Source: Alicyclobacillaceae bacterium
Lineage (GTDB): Bacteria; Bacillota; Bacilli; Kyrpidiales; Kyrpidiaceae
Reading direction: 5' to 3'
DNA: 64,000 nucleotides
Assembly: GCA_029961045.1 (NCBI GenBank)
Contig: JASBVN010000036.1
Span: 6,079 to 70,078, forward strand
This document shows, piece after piece, positions 36,847 to 44,870 of the stretch; within the stretch, counting starts at the first letter, position 1; each line of letters opens with the position of its first letter. The notes beneath the pieces were generated by a model. The model ran no database searches. It was given only the letters and a program-made list of their open reading frames with translations, and had not been told where the DNA came from. A program made the position numbers and the translations under genes.

Positions 36847-37881
36847 TTATCCTCCGATTTGGGACATGCGCCGCACGGTTGGCGTGTGGCTGCGGCTCTT
36901 GCCCTCCAGCGCTTCCGCCATCTCATGGCGTTCCGGCTTGATGTCCAGGGCCCGGAAAAACAATTCTTCAATGGCCTTTTCATCCCCGCCGCAACGCCGC
37001 ACGTTGAATTCCTCCTGCCAGTACAAACACGGCTTGAGGTAGCCGTCGGCCGTCAAACGCAGGCGGTTGCACGCGGCGCAAAAATGCTCGCTGACGGGAT
37101 GGATCAAACCAAAGGCCCCGAGCCCACCGCGTATCCGCCAGTTTTCCGCCGGACCGTTGCCCGGCACCTGAACCGGTTCGATCTCATATCCCAACTCCTC
37201 ACACCGGTCCAGTACCCGCCGCAATGGCAGATACGCATTCTTCCAGGTCTCATCTTCGTGACCGATCGGCATGTACTCGATAAACCGCACCACATAGGGT
37301 TTTTCGATCGACAGTCGCAGAAAATCGTCGATCTCGTCTTCATTGAATCCTTTCAGCAACACCACGTTGATCTTGATCGGCGACATCCCGGCCCGCTCCG
37401 CCGCCTTCAATCCCTCCAACACCCGGGAGAGATCCCCGCCGCGGGTGATGACCGCAAACCGGTCCGGCCGGAGCGAGTCGATGCTGATGTTGATCCGCCG
37501 CAGGCCCGCCCGGCGCAGGCGCTCCGCCCGCCGGGCCAAAAGGACGCCGTTGGTGGTCATCGCCATGTCTTCGATCCCGGGAATGGCTCCCAAGGCCTCG
37601 ATGAGCCGGTCGATGCCCGGACGGACCAGGGGTTCTCCCCCGGTGATCCGCAGGCGCCGGACGCCCAACCGCGCCGCCACGCGGACGACCCGCACGATTT
37701 CTTCATCGGTCATCAACCGCCCGGAATCCATGAACTGGACCCCTTCGGCGGGCATGCAATACAGACAGCGAAGGTTACACCGGTCGGTGACGGAGATTCG
37801 AAGATAATCGTGAACGCGGCCGAATCGATCGACGAGACGGCCGGTACCGATATTCTCGCTAAGGGACACCAGAGGTCCCAC
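36847..37881 (-). CDS. moaA: GTP 3',8-cyclase (molybdenum cofactor biosynthesis, radical SAM)
   Basis: CNLRCLYCMP radical-SAM cluster motif and C-terminal CAACNRLRLTADGYLKPCL. Confidence 0.92.
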   Translation of the reverse strand: MGPLVSLSENIGTGRLVDRFGRVHDYLRISVTDRCNLRCLYCMPAEGVQFMDSGRLMTDEEIVRVVRVAARLGVRRLRITGGEPLVRPGIDRLIEALGAIPGIEDMAMTTNGVLLARRAERLRRAGLRRINISIDSLRPDRFAVITRGGDLSRVLEGLKAAERAGMSPIKINVVLLKGFNEDEIDDFLRLSIEKPYVVRFIEYMPIGHEDETWKNAYLPLRRVLDRCEELGYEIEPVQVPGNGPAENWRIRGGLGAFGLIHPVSEHFCAACNRLRLTADGYLKPCLYWQEEFNVRRCGGDEKAIEELFFRALDIKPERHEMAEALEGKSRSHTPTVRRMSQIGG

Positions 37882-37901
37882 GGGCTCTCCCCCATTTCCT
37901 T

Positions 37902-38546
37902 CTATGATGAACCGGCGGGGCGGTTATCCCCTTCCGGCGACAACCATTCTTGAATCATTTCGTAGTCTTCCGGGGTATCGACGTCCACTCCGGTCCAGAG
38001 GTCATCCCAGGGAATGACCTTCATGGCCTCGCGAAACCTCTGAAGAACCGACCTCCCGCCTTCATCCCCTTCTAAATTTTCAAAAAAAGGAAAGAGCGCA
38101 GCGTCCAAAACGACCGGGTGGCCCGGCACTCCTTGAAACAGAGGCCGGACAATTTTCACCCCGCGTATGCGGTTCACCCGGTACTCATGCACCAACGCCT
38201 TCATCAGAGCCCGGGAAACGAGGGGTTGATCCGCCAATAAAATGAATCCCGCATCCACCTGCCCCTGCAATTGCCGGATGCCGACTTTCAGAGAAGACGA
38301 CATCCCTTTCTGAAAATCCGGATTCTCGACGATTCGAACGTCAAGGTCGGCCGTCTCCCGCCGGAAGCGCTCCGCGTCACCGCCCGCCACGACGACCACA
38401 GGTTGCAGCCCCGCCCCTAAAGCGGTTTCAACGCTATAGCGGAACAGCGGCTTACCGCCAAGGGGCAGCCACAATTTGGGCCTCCCCATGCGGGTGGACA
38501 TGCCCGCAGCGAGGACGACGGCACCGATGCGCAACGGCTGGTCCAC
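37902..38546 (-). CDS. molybdenum cofactor cytidylyltransferase-like (MobA/MocA family) nucleotidyltransferase
   Basis: AVVLAAGMSTRMGRPKLWLPLGGKPL is the N-terminal signature. The MocA versus MobA assignment is inferred from the CODH context (MCD cofactor). Confidence 0.75.
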   Translation of the reverse strand: MDQPLRIGAVVLAAGMSTRMGRPKLWLPLGGKPLFRYSVETALGAGLQPVVVVAGGDAERFRRETADLDVRIVENPDFQKGMSSSLKVGIRQLQGQVDAGFILLADQPLVSRALMKALVHEYRVNRIRGVKIVRPLFQGVPGHPVVLDAALFPFFENLEGDEGGRSVLQRFREAMKVIPWDDLWTGVDVDTPEDYEMIQEWLSPEGDNRPAGSS

Positions 38547-38620
38547 CGGATCACCCCGCCCGGAACAGGTTTCAAAATTAGTTTTTCCGCATAATTGTTT
38601 ATATTTTATTTTATGTATTA

Positions 38621-38649
38621 AGTGTATTTTGGTAAAACCCCTTTGTCAA
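38621..38649 (-). promoter_or_regulatory. sigma-A-type promoter for mocA-moaA
   Basis: The minus strand reads TTGACA-17 nt-TACACT. The -35 box overlaps the WYL gene stop codon. Confidence 0.5.
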
Positions 38650-39647
38650 GCACGATCTCCAGACATGGGACCTTTCGGGTCCTGGTACCGCTCCAACCAC
38701 TGCGACAGCGTCTCTCGCATTTCCCGGCGGTATTCGGCCGGTTCCAAAATTTCCGCCTCCGGTCCGTATGTGCGGAGCCATCGCAAAAATTCGTCCGGAC
38801 CGTTGACGGTCACTTCAAACAGGAGCGACCCGTCCTCGAGATCCCGAATCCTCGGGCGCAAAAACAACTCTTCCTCTTTGACGTAGCGGGCCGCGTCGGG
38901 GGAAAACCGGACGCGGAATGTCACCTTTTTATCCCCCCGTTCAATGGACCACGTGTCTTTCATGTACTCCTCGAGATCAAACTCCCGCTGGGGATACACT
39001 TCATCCAACACCCGAACTTCCAGAAAACGGCTCACCCGAAAGGTGCGAAACTCCCCGTTTTTATGACAGAATCCGACCAAGTAAAAGCGGTGTTCCCTCG
39101 GCAGCAAATGATAGGGATCGATTCGCCGCCAAGAGGTTTCGTTCCGCCTCTGAGAGTGGTACAGGGCGTCCACTGTCTTCCGGTGCAACATCGCCTGCAA
39201 CAGTTCGGGAAACACATTGTGTACCTCCGGCGCCCACACCGGTTTGCCGAGTTGAACGATTTCCTGCAATCGCTGCAAAAACTCCTCGTTCACCCGTTTT
39301 TCCTTGGTGTGGGCGGCCACGACCTTTTCGTAAACCGTCTTCCAGCCCGGGGGCAAAGGTCGAGGGGCCGATTCCAACCATTTGGCCGCCGTTTGGAACG
39401 CCGCCATTTCCTGTTCAGTTAAATCGAGAGGGTAGAGGGCAAAACGCCCGGTAAACCGGTATCCCCTCCCGTACCCCTCATTGCTCAGGGGGACGTTCGC
39501 CATCGTGAGGTCCACCAGGTCTCTGTAAATCGTCCGGTCGGTCACTTCGCACCTTTCCGCCAATTCCTTCGCCTGAATTCCGGGGTAGGATTGAATCAAA
39601 TAAATCAACCTCAGCAATCGGATCAGCCGGTCGCGCAATTTCCTCAT
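38646..39647 (-). CDS. HTH + WYL domain transcriptional regulator (YafY-like)
   Basis: N-terminal HTH (LIRLLRLIYLIQSYPGIQAKELAERCEVTDRTIYRDLVDL) and a central WYL-like region (HRFYLVGFCHKNGEFRTFRVSR). Strong RBS GAAGGAGGAGGGAGG. Confidence 0.8.
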   Translation of the reverse strand: MRKLRDRLIRLLRLIYLIQSYPGIQAKELAERCEVTDRTIYRDLVDLTMANVPLSNEGYGRGYRFTGRFALYPLDLTEQEMAAFQTAAKWLESAPRPLPPGWKTVYEKVVAAHTKEKRVNEEFLQRLQEIVQLGKPVWAPEVHNVFPELLQAMLHRKTVDALYHSQRRNETSWRRIDPYHLLPREHRFYLVGFCHKNGEFRTFRVSRFLEVRVLDEVYPQREFDLEEYMKDTWSIERGDKKVTFRVRFSPDAARYVKEEELFLRPRIRDLEDGSLLFEVTVNGPDEFLRWLRTYGPEAEILEPAEYRREMRETLSQWLERYQDPKGPMSGDRA

Positions 39648-39950
39648 TCGCCTCCCTCCTCCTTCTGCCACAAACCGCCCGCCCCCACCTCCGGACCGGC
39701 CCTTCCTCCTTTATACACCTGGAAGACTGACATCTGTTCGACAGCAAAAATTCATTCGCTCGATTCGATCCAATCCCCGCCGTGTATTCCCGGGCCCCTT
39801 CCGTGATATAATGAGTGGGCAAACCTAAAACCGCCCCTTCCCGGTACGACGCCGGAATCCCTGTTCGTCCAGAAAATTATGTTTCTACCCACTCTTTGCC
39901 CCCGCGCCGGAAGCTCGTACCGCCGCCCACTGCGAAAGGAGGTTCAATGG

Positions 39951-40910
39951 ATGCCGCTTCATCCGAAAGCCGCCGCGCTGTTGGAACAACTGGCCCGCTC
40001 GGGCGCACCTCCCCTGCACACCTTGCCCCCCGAGGTGGCCCGCCGGGCCTTCGACGCCCTGTTCGGGCGGCTGAACGCGGCCCGGTCCGGAGAAGGCGCC
40101 GATCTCACAAAACGGGACCTCACCATTCCCGGGCCGAAACGCGATATCCCCCTCCGGTTGTACTCCCCGCAGGCTCCGGGCCCGCATCCGGTACTGGTCT
40201 ATTTTCACGGAGGCGGATTCGTCCTGGGAACGCTGGACATGTACGACTCCCTGTGCGCCACCCTGGCCCGGGAAGCCTCCTGCGCCGTCATATCGGTGGA
40301 TTACGCCCTGGCGCCCGAACATCCGTTTCCCGAGCCGGTGGAGGAAGCATACGCCGCCACCTCGTGGATTCAGACAAACGGCGGTGAGCTGGGGCTGGAT
40401 CCCTCTCGGGTCGCCGTCGGCGGAGATAGCGCGGGCGGCAACCTGGCGGCGGTGGTCTGCCTTTTGAACCGCGATCGGGGCGGACCGGACCTGTGCGGCC
40501 AACTGCTCATTTACCCGGCCACCGACCTGTCCGGACAACCGTTTCCTTCTAAGAAAGAATACCTGCACGGCTATTTTTTAGAGCGAGAGGACTTGATCTG
40601 GTTTCAGAGAAATTATTTACCGAATCTAGAGGATGCCCGCAACCCCCTGGCCTCGCCGCTGTTGGCGGAAAATCTGGCCGGTCTGCCCCCCGCCATGGTG
40701 ATGACCGCGGAATTCGATCCGCTCCGGGACGAGGGGGAAGCCTATGCCGACCGCCTTCGCGAAACCGGAACTCCGGTACAGAGCCGGCGTTACGAAGGCA
40801 TGATCCACGGATTCGTCTCCATGGGGGACGTGTTCCCGGAGGCGAGGGAAGCCTTGAAAGAGATCGGCCGCTGGCTTCGCGACGCCTTTGCCGGAAAAAC
40901 CGGAACTTGA
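39951..40910 (+). CDS. alpha/beta hydrolase, hormone-sensitive-lipase-type esterase
   Basis: HGGGF oxyanion motif, GDSAGG nucleophile elbow and C-terminal HGF. ATG after GAAAGGAGG. Confidence 0.88.
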   Translation: MPLHPKAAALLEQLARSGAPPLHTLPPEVARRAFDALFGRLNAARSGEGADLTKRDLTIPGPKRDIPLRLYSPQAPGPHPVLVYFHGGGFVLGTLDMYDSLCATLAREASCAVISVDYALAPEHPFPEPVEEAYAATSWIQTNGGELGLDPSRVAVGGDSAGGNLAAVVCLLNRDRGGPDLCGQLLIYPATDLSGQPFPSKKEYLHGYFLEREDLIWFQRNYLPNLEDARNPLASPLLAENLAGLPPAMVMTAEFDPLRDEGEAYADRLRETGTPVQSRRYEGMIHGFVSMGDVFPEAREALKEIGRWLRDAFAGKTGT

Positions 40911-41021
40911 GCGACTGTTGACCGGTCTTCCATCGGCCGCAGCCCGTCACGCGCCGGCCGCTCCCTCACGTATGGTATTCCAAAGGGTCTTCAACCCGGT
41001 TTTCCAAGGAGGGAGCCCGCC

Positions 41022-41363
41022 ATGTGGTGGATGCGGCGGCCGCCCTGGCCGATTGCGCGGCTGGACCTGGATTTGCCCCGACTTCCCCGCTGCCGAATCT
41101 CCGAAAACGAGCGGACTGTCGAAGTGGAGGTGGAGGTGCCGCCTTGGTGCGATCCCGATGACATCGAAGTGCGGATCGAACCGCGCGCAGCTCATTTTCG
41201 CGCCGGGACGCTCCACGAGGTAAAGCGGGACCGCCCTCCATCCTTCCACCGCCGGCAACAGGCGTGGCATCACAGCGTCACTCTCCCGGCGGAAGTCGTA
41301 CCGCAATCTGTCCGGAGGCGAACCGGATCCGGAGTACTCCATCTGACCCTGGACAAAGCCTGA
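41022..41363 (+). CDS. Hsp20/alpha-crystallin-like small heat-shock protein (divergent)
   Basis: ENERTVEVEVEVPPWCDPDDIEVRIEP ... SVTLPAEVVPQSVRRRTGSGVLHLTLDKA follows the ACD pattern. AAGGAGGGA RBS. Confidence 0.6.
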   Translation: MWWMRRPPWPIARLDLDLPRLPRCRISENERTVEVEVEVPPWCDPDDIEVRIEPRAAHFRAGTLHEVKRDRPPSFHRRQQAWHHSVTLPAEVVPQSVRRRTGSGVLHLTLDKA

Positions 41364-41377
41364 CCCTGGACAAAGCC
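41344..41377 (+). repeat. perfect 17-bp tandem duplication (TGACCCTGGACAAAGCC x2)
   Basis: Read directly from the sequence. The TGA of the second copy is the hsp20 stop codon. Confidence 0.95.
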
Positions 41378-41440
41378 GGCCGGTCGCCGGAGGGAGGGCC
41401 TCCGGCAGTTGTTAAGTCGATTTTCTCAACTGGGCAAAAA

Positions 41441-41482
41441 GGGTGCAAGACGGAACGGCGTCCGTCCTGCACCCTGCTTTTG
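41441..41482. terminator. bidirectional rho-independent terminator
   Basis: GGGTGCAAGACGGA-acggcg-TCCGTCCTGCACCC (one mismatch) with TGCTTTTGG downstream on the plus strand and TTTTTG on the minus strand. Confidence 0.7.
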
Positions 41483-41494
41483 GCATCTGTCGAT

Positions 41495-42601
41495 TTACAC
41501 TCCGACCGGATCCGGGCGCCCGGCGCGGAGAGAGTCCGCCGACCGCCGGGTCCGCTCCACCGCCTCTCGCGTGAGAGCGCGCTCAAAACTGCGAAACGCC
41601 CCCAAGCGGAACCCGTGTTTCCGGGCGAGACGGTCGATTTCCCATACCCGTTCGGCCGTGAGATTCCGGCCCAGGGTAAACGGTTCGATCCGCCCTTCCA
41701 GAGCCAGCACCATGGTTTCCGCCATGCAGGCGTACACCGTTCCGGGCGGAAGACCCAGGTCCAACTTCCCCGCATACCCGCCCGGTACCTTTACCAATCC
41801 CCCGTCGATCACCAGCACGTCCGGACGAAGATCCGCCACTTGCCGGGAAACGTCCCGGGGCCGCGCCACGTCGCAAACCACGGCACCGGGCAACAGATCG
41901 GACGCTTCGACCACCGCTTCCAGCGCACTGGAACAAGCCACCACCAGGGGAGCCCGGCGCAAAATCCGGCGGATGTCGTCTTCGACCGACAGCCGCGCCT
42001 CCAATCCCCGCTGGCGAAAATATTCCCAGAGTACCTCCGCCTTCTGAGCATTCCGCACATGAGCGTACACAAAACGGCCGCGGGCTAAGAGGATTTCTGC
42101 GCACACTCTCCCGATCGCCCCCGTCGCTCCGAGCACCGCCCAGGGGGTCCTCTCCCCGTCCCACCCCATCCACGCCGCTCCTTGCTCGGCCGCTTCCAGG
42201 GCGACCGCCACCGTATAGCTGTTCCCCGTCGTCACGGCCAGCGGGAGGGCCTTAGACAGACTCACGCCGGCGTCGCCGGCCACCGCCGTGAAGGCGCCGA
42301 GCCCCAAGATGTCCGCCCCCAGTTTGGCGGCCCGCCTGCCGGCCGCCAGAAGTTTTCGATAGACCACAGGCCACGGCCATTCGAGCAGCTGGCGGGAGGT
42401 CAGCGGCGTGCCCACCAGCCATCCCGACGTCCGGGCCCCCGCCTCGCTTTCCACCCTTTCGATCCGGTCGGCCACCAAGGGCGGAAAATGTCGCAGGAGG
42501 CGATCCAACACCGGGTCCGGCAGCGCGGCCAACCCCGGCAATTTTCTCGCCACATCCTGCCGCTCAAGAGGATGGATCAAAAACGCGAACCGGAACGCCA
42601 C
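41495..42601 (-). CDS. acyl-ACP/acyl-CoA reductase-like (cyanobacterial AAR family) NAD(P)-dependent reductase
   Basis: Collinear by eye with Synechococcus AAR as I recall it: FAFLIHPLE, LGLGAFTAV, VTTGNSYTV, LGATGAIGRV, VIDGG, and VYACMAETMVLALEG, which contains the Cys aligned with the catalytic Cys. GTG start after GGAGGTGA. Confidence 0.7.
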   Translation of the reverse strand: MAFRFAFLIHPLERQDVARKLPGLAALPDPVLDRLLRHFPPLVADRIERVESEAGARTSGWLVGTPLTSRQLLEWPWPVVYRKLLAAGRRAAKLGADILGLGAFTAVAGDAGVSLSKALPLAVTTGNSYTVAVALEAAEQGAAWMGWDGERTPWAVLGATGAIGRVCAEILLARGRFVYAHVRNAQKAEVLWEYFRQRGLEARLSVEDDIRRILRRAPLVVACSSALEAVVEASDLLPGAVVCDVARPRDVSRQVADLRPDVLVIDGGLVKVPGGYAGKLDLGLPPGTVYACMAETMVLALEGRIEPFTLGRNLTAERVWEIDRLARKHGFRLGAFRSFERALTREAVERTRRSADSLRAGRPDPVGV

Positions 42602-43049
42602 GGTCGCTCACCTCCGTCCGGCTCTGCAACGCCCGCAACAGTTTGGCCATGCTCTGACCCAACTTCCACTGCGCCACCGGGTGCAACATCGCCGCCAATC
42701 CCGGCAGGCCGATCTCAAAATCGCAAAAGAACTCCACCGCCGTCCGGTCCGTTCCTTCCGAACACACGTCCCAATAACCGGCGAACCGTTTCAAATCGCC
42801 GTGCAACTGCCGGTACGCAATGCGTCCCCCGGCTTCCCCTTCCGTCCATTCATCCCGTTCGGTCCAACGGACCCGGCTTCCGCCGAGACGGGCCTCCCAG
42901 GCGCTGACCGTCCACCCTTCCCCGCGTTCGACGATGTGAACCGAGACCAAATCGGACACCCGTTCGGGATACCGTTCAAAATCCCCGACCCATTGAAACA
43001 CCTCACGCCAAGGCTTCTCGCAGACTTCCCTCACCCGGACCGTCGGCAC
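42564..43049 (-). CDS. SRPBCC (START/polyketide-cyclase-like) ligand-binding protein
   Basis: Size and the WREVFQWVGDFERYPERV ... RTAVEFFCDFEIG pattern. GTG at 43049 follows AGGAAGGAGGGG. It overlaps both neighbouring genes. Confidence 0.65.
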   Translation of the reverse strand: MPTVRVREVCEKPWREVFQWVGDFERYPERVSDLVSVHIVERGEGWTVSAWEARLGGSRVRWTERDEWTEGEAGGRIAYRQLHGDLKRFAGYWDVCSEGTDRTAVEFFCDFEIGLPGLAAMLHPVAQWKLGQSMAKLLRALQSRTEVSDRGVPVRVFDPSS

Positions 43050-44421
43050 CCGCTTCCCCTCCTTCCTGTGGCCGTCCGGCTTCCCCGGCACTTCCCTCCC
43101 GATCGCCGTACGCGCCCCAATCGGCGTCCCCGACGAGGGCCTCCAAGCGCGCCAGCACGCCGGCCCACCTCTCCACGACCCCCGACAGCACGAGGCGGTC
43201 GGCGATGAGCGGCGGTTCGATCCGGACGACCCGGTGCGAATTCAGAGCGAAGGCGGTCAGCACGCCCTGCTCCACCAATGCGCTCATGACGAGGCCACCC
43301 CGCGCCTCGTCGGCAAACTCCACGCCGAGCAAAAAACCCTCTCCCCGGACTTCTCGAATCCAAGCCGGATATTCGGCGGACAAGCGAACCAGTTGCCGTT
43401 TCAACCACGCCCCGGTTTCCGCCACCCGTTCCGGAATTTCGGCTTCCTCCAGAAAACGGAGGGTCGCCAACCCGGCCGCCGCAGCCAGGGCATTGCCGCC
43501 GAAGGTCGACGTATGAACCAGGGGGTCGCCCCAAAAGGCCCGGGCCGCATCCGGGCGCGCGACAAAACACCCGATCGGCATCACGCCGCCCCCCAGGGCC
43601 TTGGCCAGACATACGATATCCGGCACCACGTTTTCCTTTTCCATGGCGAACCATCGACCCGTGCGCCCGAGACCCGTCTGCACTTCGTCCAAGATCAACA
43701 GCGTTCCGGTGCGGTCGCAGATCCCCCGCACGGCGCGCAAATACCCCTCCGGCGGCACGCGGACGCCCCCCTCTCCCTGTACCGGCTCCAGGATGACGGC
43801 TGCCGTACGGTTTGTCACGGCTTTCTCTAAAGCCTTGACGTCCCCGTACGGCACGTGCGTCACACCGGGCAACAGGGGATAAAACGGGGCGCGGTACCGT
43901 TCCCGGCCGGAGACCGACAGGGCGCCCAAAGTCTTGCCGTGAAACCCTCCTCGGGCGGCCACGAACTCCGTCCGTCCGGTGGCGGCCCTGGCCAATTTCA
44001 GCGCCCCTTCCACCGCTTCGGCTCCACTGTTGCAAAAGAAACTGTACTGCAGGTCTCCCGGCAGCCGCGCAGCCAGCGCTTCCGCAAGTTCCGCCGCGGG
44101 GCGGCCGGGCATGACTTTCGACGACAGCGCCATGCGCTCCAACTGATCCCGCACCGCCCGGAGCACCGCGAGGGGTCGGTGCCCGAAAGGCAAGGATCCG
44201 TATCCGGACACGCAGTCGATGTACCGCCGCCCTTCTTCGTCATACAGAAAACAACCTTCTCCCCGGGCTTCACCGGAACTCACTCCCATCAAGCGATAAA
44301 GCTTGGCCAGGCCGGGGTTGATGTAAGACTCATACAGTTCCGCCACGCCGATCTTGCCTTCTGAACGCAACACTTCCTCACCTCCGGACACCCTTAGAAT
44401 GTCCGGTTCCAAATTTTCCAT
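43003..44421 (-). CDS. class III (omega) PLP-dependent aminotransferase
   Basis: FFCNSGAEAVEGALKLAR, LILDEVQTGLGRTGRWF and HTSTFGGN. The start is uncertain; a TTG 17 codons downstream has a better RBS. Confidence 0.85.
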   Translation of the reverse strand: MENLEPDILRVSGGEEVLRSEGKIGVAELYESYINPGLAKLYRLMGVSSGEARGEGCFLYDEEGRRYIDCVSGYGSLPFGHRPLAVLRAVRDQLERMALSSKVMPGRPAAELAEALAARLPGDLQYSFFCNSGAEAVEGALKLARAATGRTEFVAARGGFHGKTLGALSVSGRERYRAPFYPLLPGVTHVPYGDVKALEKAVTNRTAAVILEPVQGEGGVRVPPEGYLRAVRGICDRTGTLLILDEVQTGLGRTGRWFAMEKENVVPDIVCLAKALGGGVMPIGCFVARPDAARAFWGDPLVHTSTFGGNALAAAAGLATLRFLEEAEIPERVAETGAWLKRQLVRLSAEYPAWIREVRGEGFLLGVEFADEARGGLVMSALVEQGVLTAFALNSHRVVRIEPPLIADRLVLSGVVERWAGVLARLEALVGDADWGAYGDREGSAGEAGRPQEGGEAGADGPGEGSLREALA

Positions 44422-44545
44422 TCAAAGGAATAACAAAAAATCACCACCGGAATCCGACTTGAAAAGCGGGGAAGAAACCGGAATGAAGAGCCGTTCGTTG
44501 GGGAAAGGTGGAGAAAGAACTTTCCGGGAAGGAGGAAACAAGCCC

Positions 44546-44785
44546 GTGAGATTTCGACCGCGTCCGAAAAAAAACCGCTTAACCTTTGAAACGGGGTGGA
44601 GACAGAACATCTTACCCGAAGAGTTTCCGGAAGGACCGTACGGGATGGCCGACGATCCCCAGCCCTCCGGCAAATCGACACCTTGGGAACAAGGGCAGCG
44701 AGTCGTGTCGCGGTTCCGGGACGAAAATCCCGCCTTTTCCGACCGCAAGAGCCCAGACGGAAACGAGTTGCCAGACCTGACTTAA
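44546..44785 (+). CDS. possible small hypothetical protein (79 aa)
   Basis: GTG lies 9 nt after GGAAGGAGG. VRFRPRPKKNRLTFETGWRQNILPEEFPEGPYGMADDP... I recognise no family. Confidence 0.3.
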   Translation: MRFRPRPKKNRLTFETGWRQNILPEEFPEGPYGMADDPQPSGKSTPWEQGQRVVSRFRDENPAFSDRKSPDGNELPDLT

Positions 44786-44870
44786 CCCGAACCGCCGGCG
44801 CGGTGCGGCGCCCTTTCCACTCCCGTTTCGGATGCGGCCGGGGAGTACCTTCCCCGGCCGCGCCGCGCTT

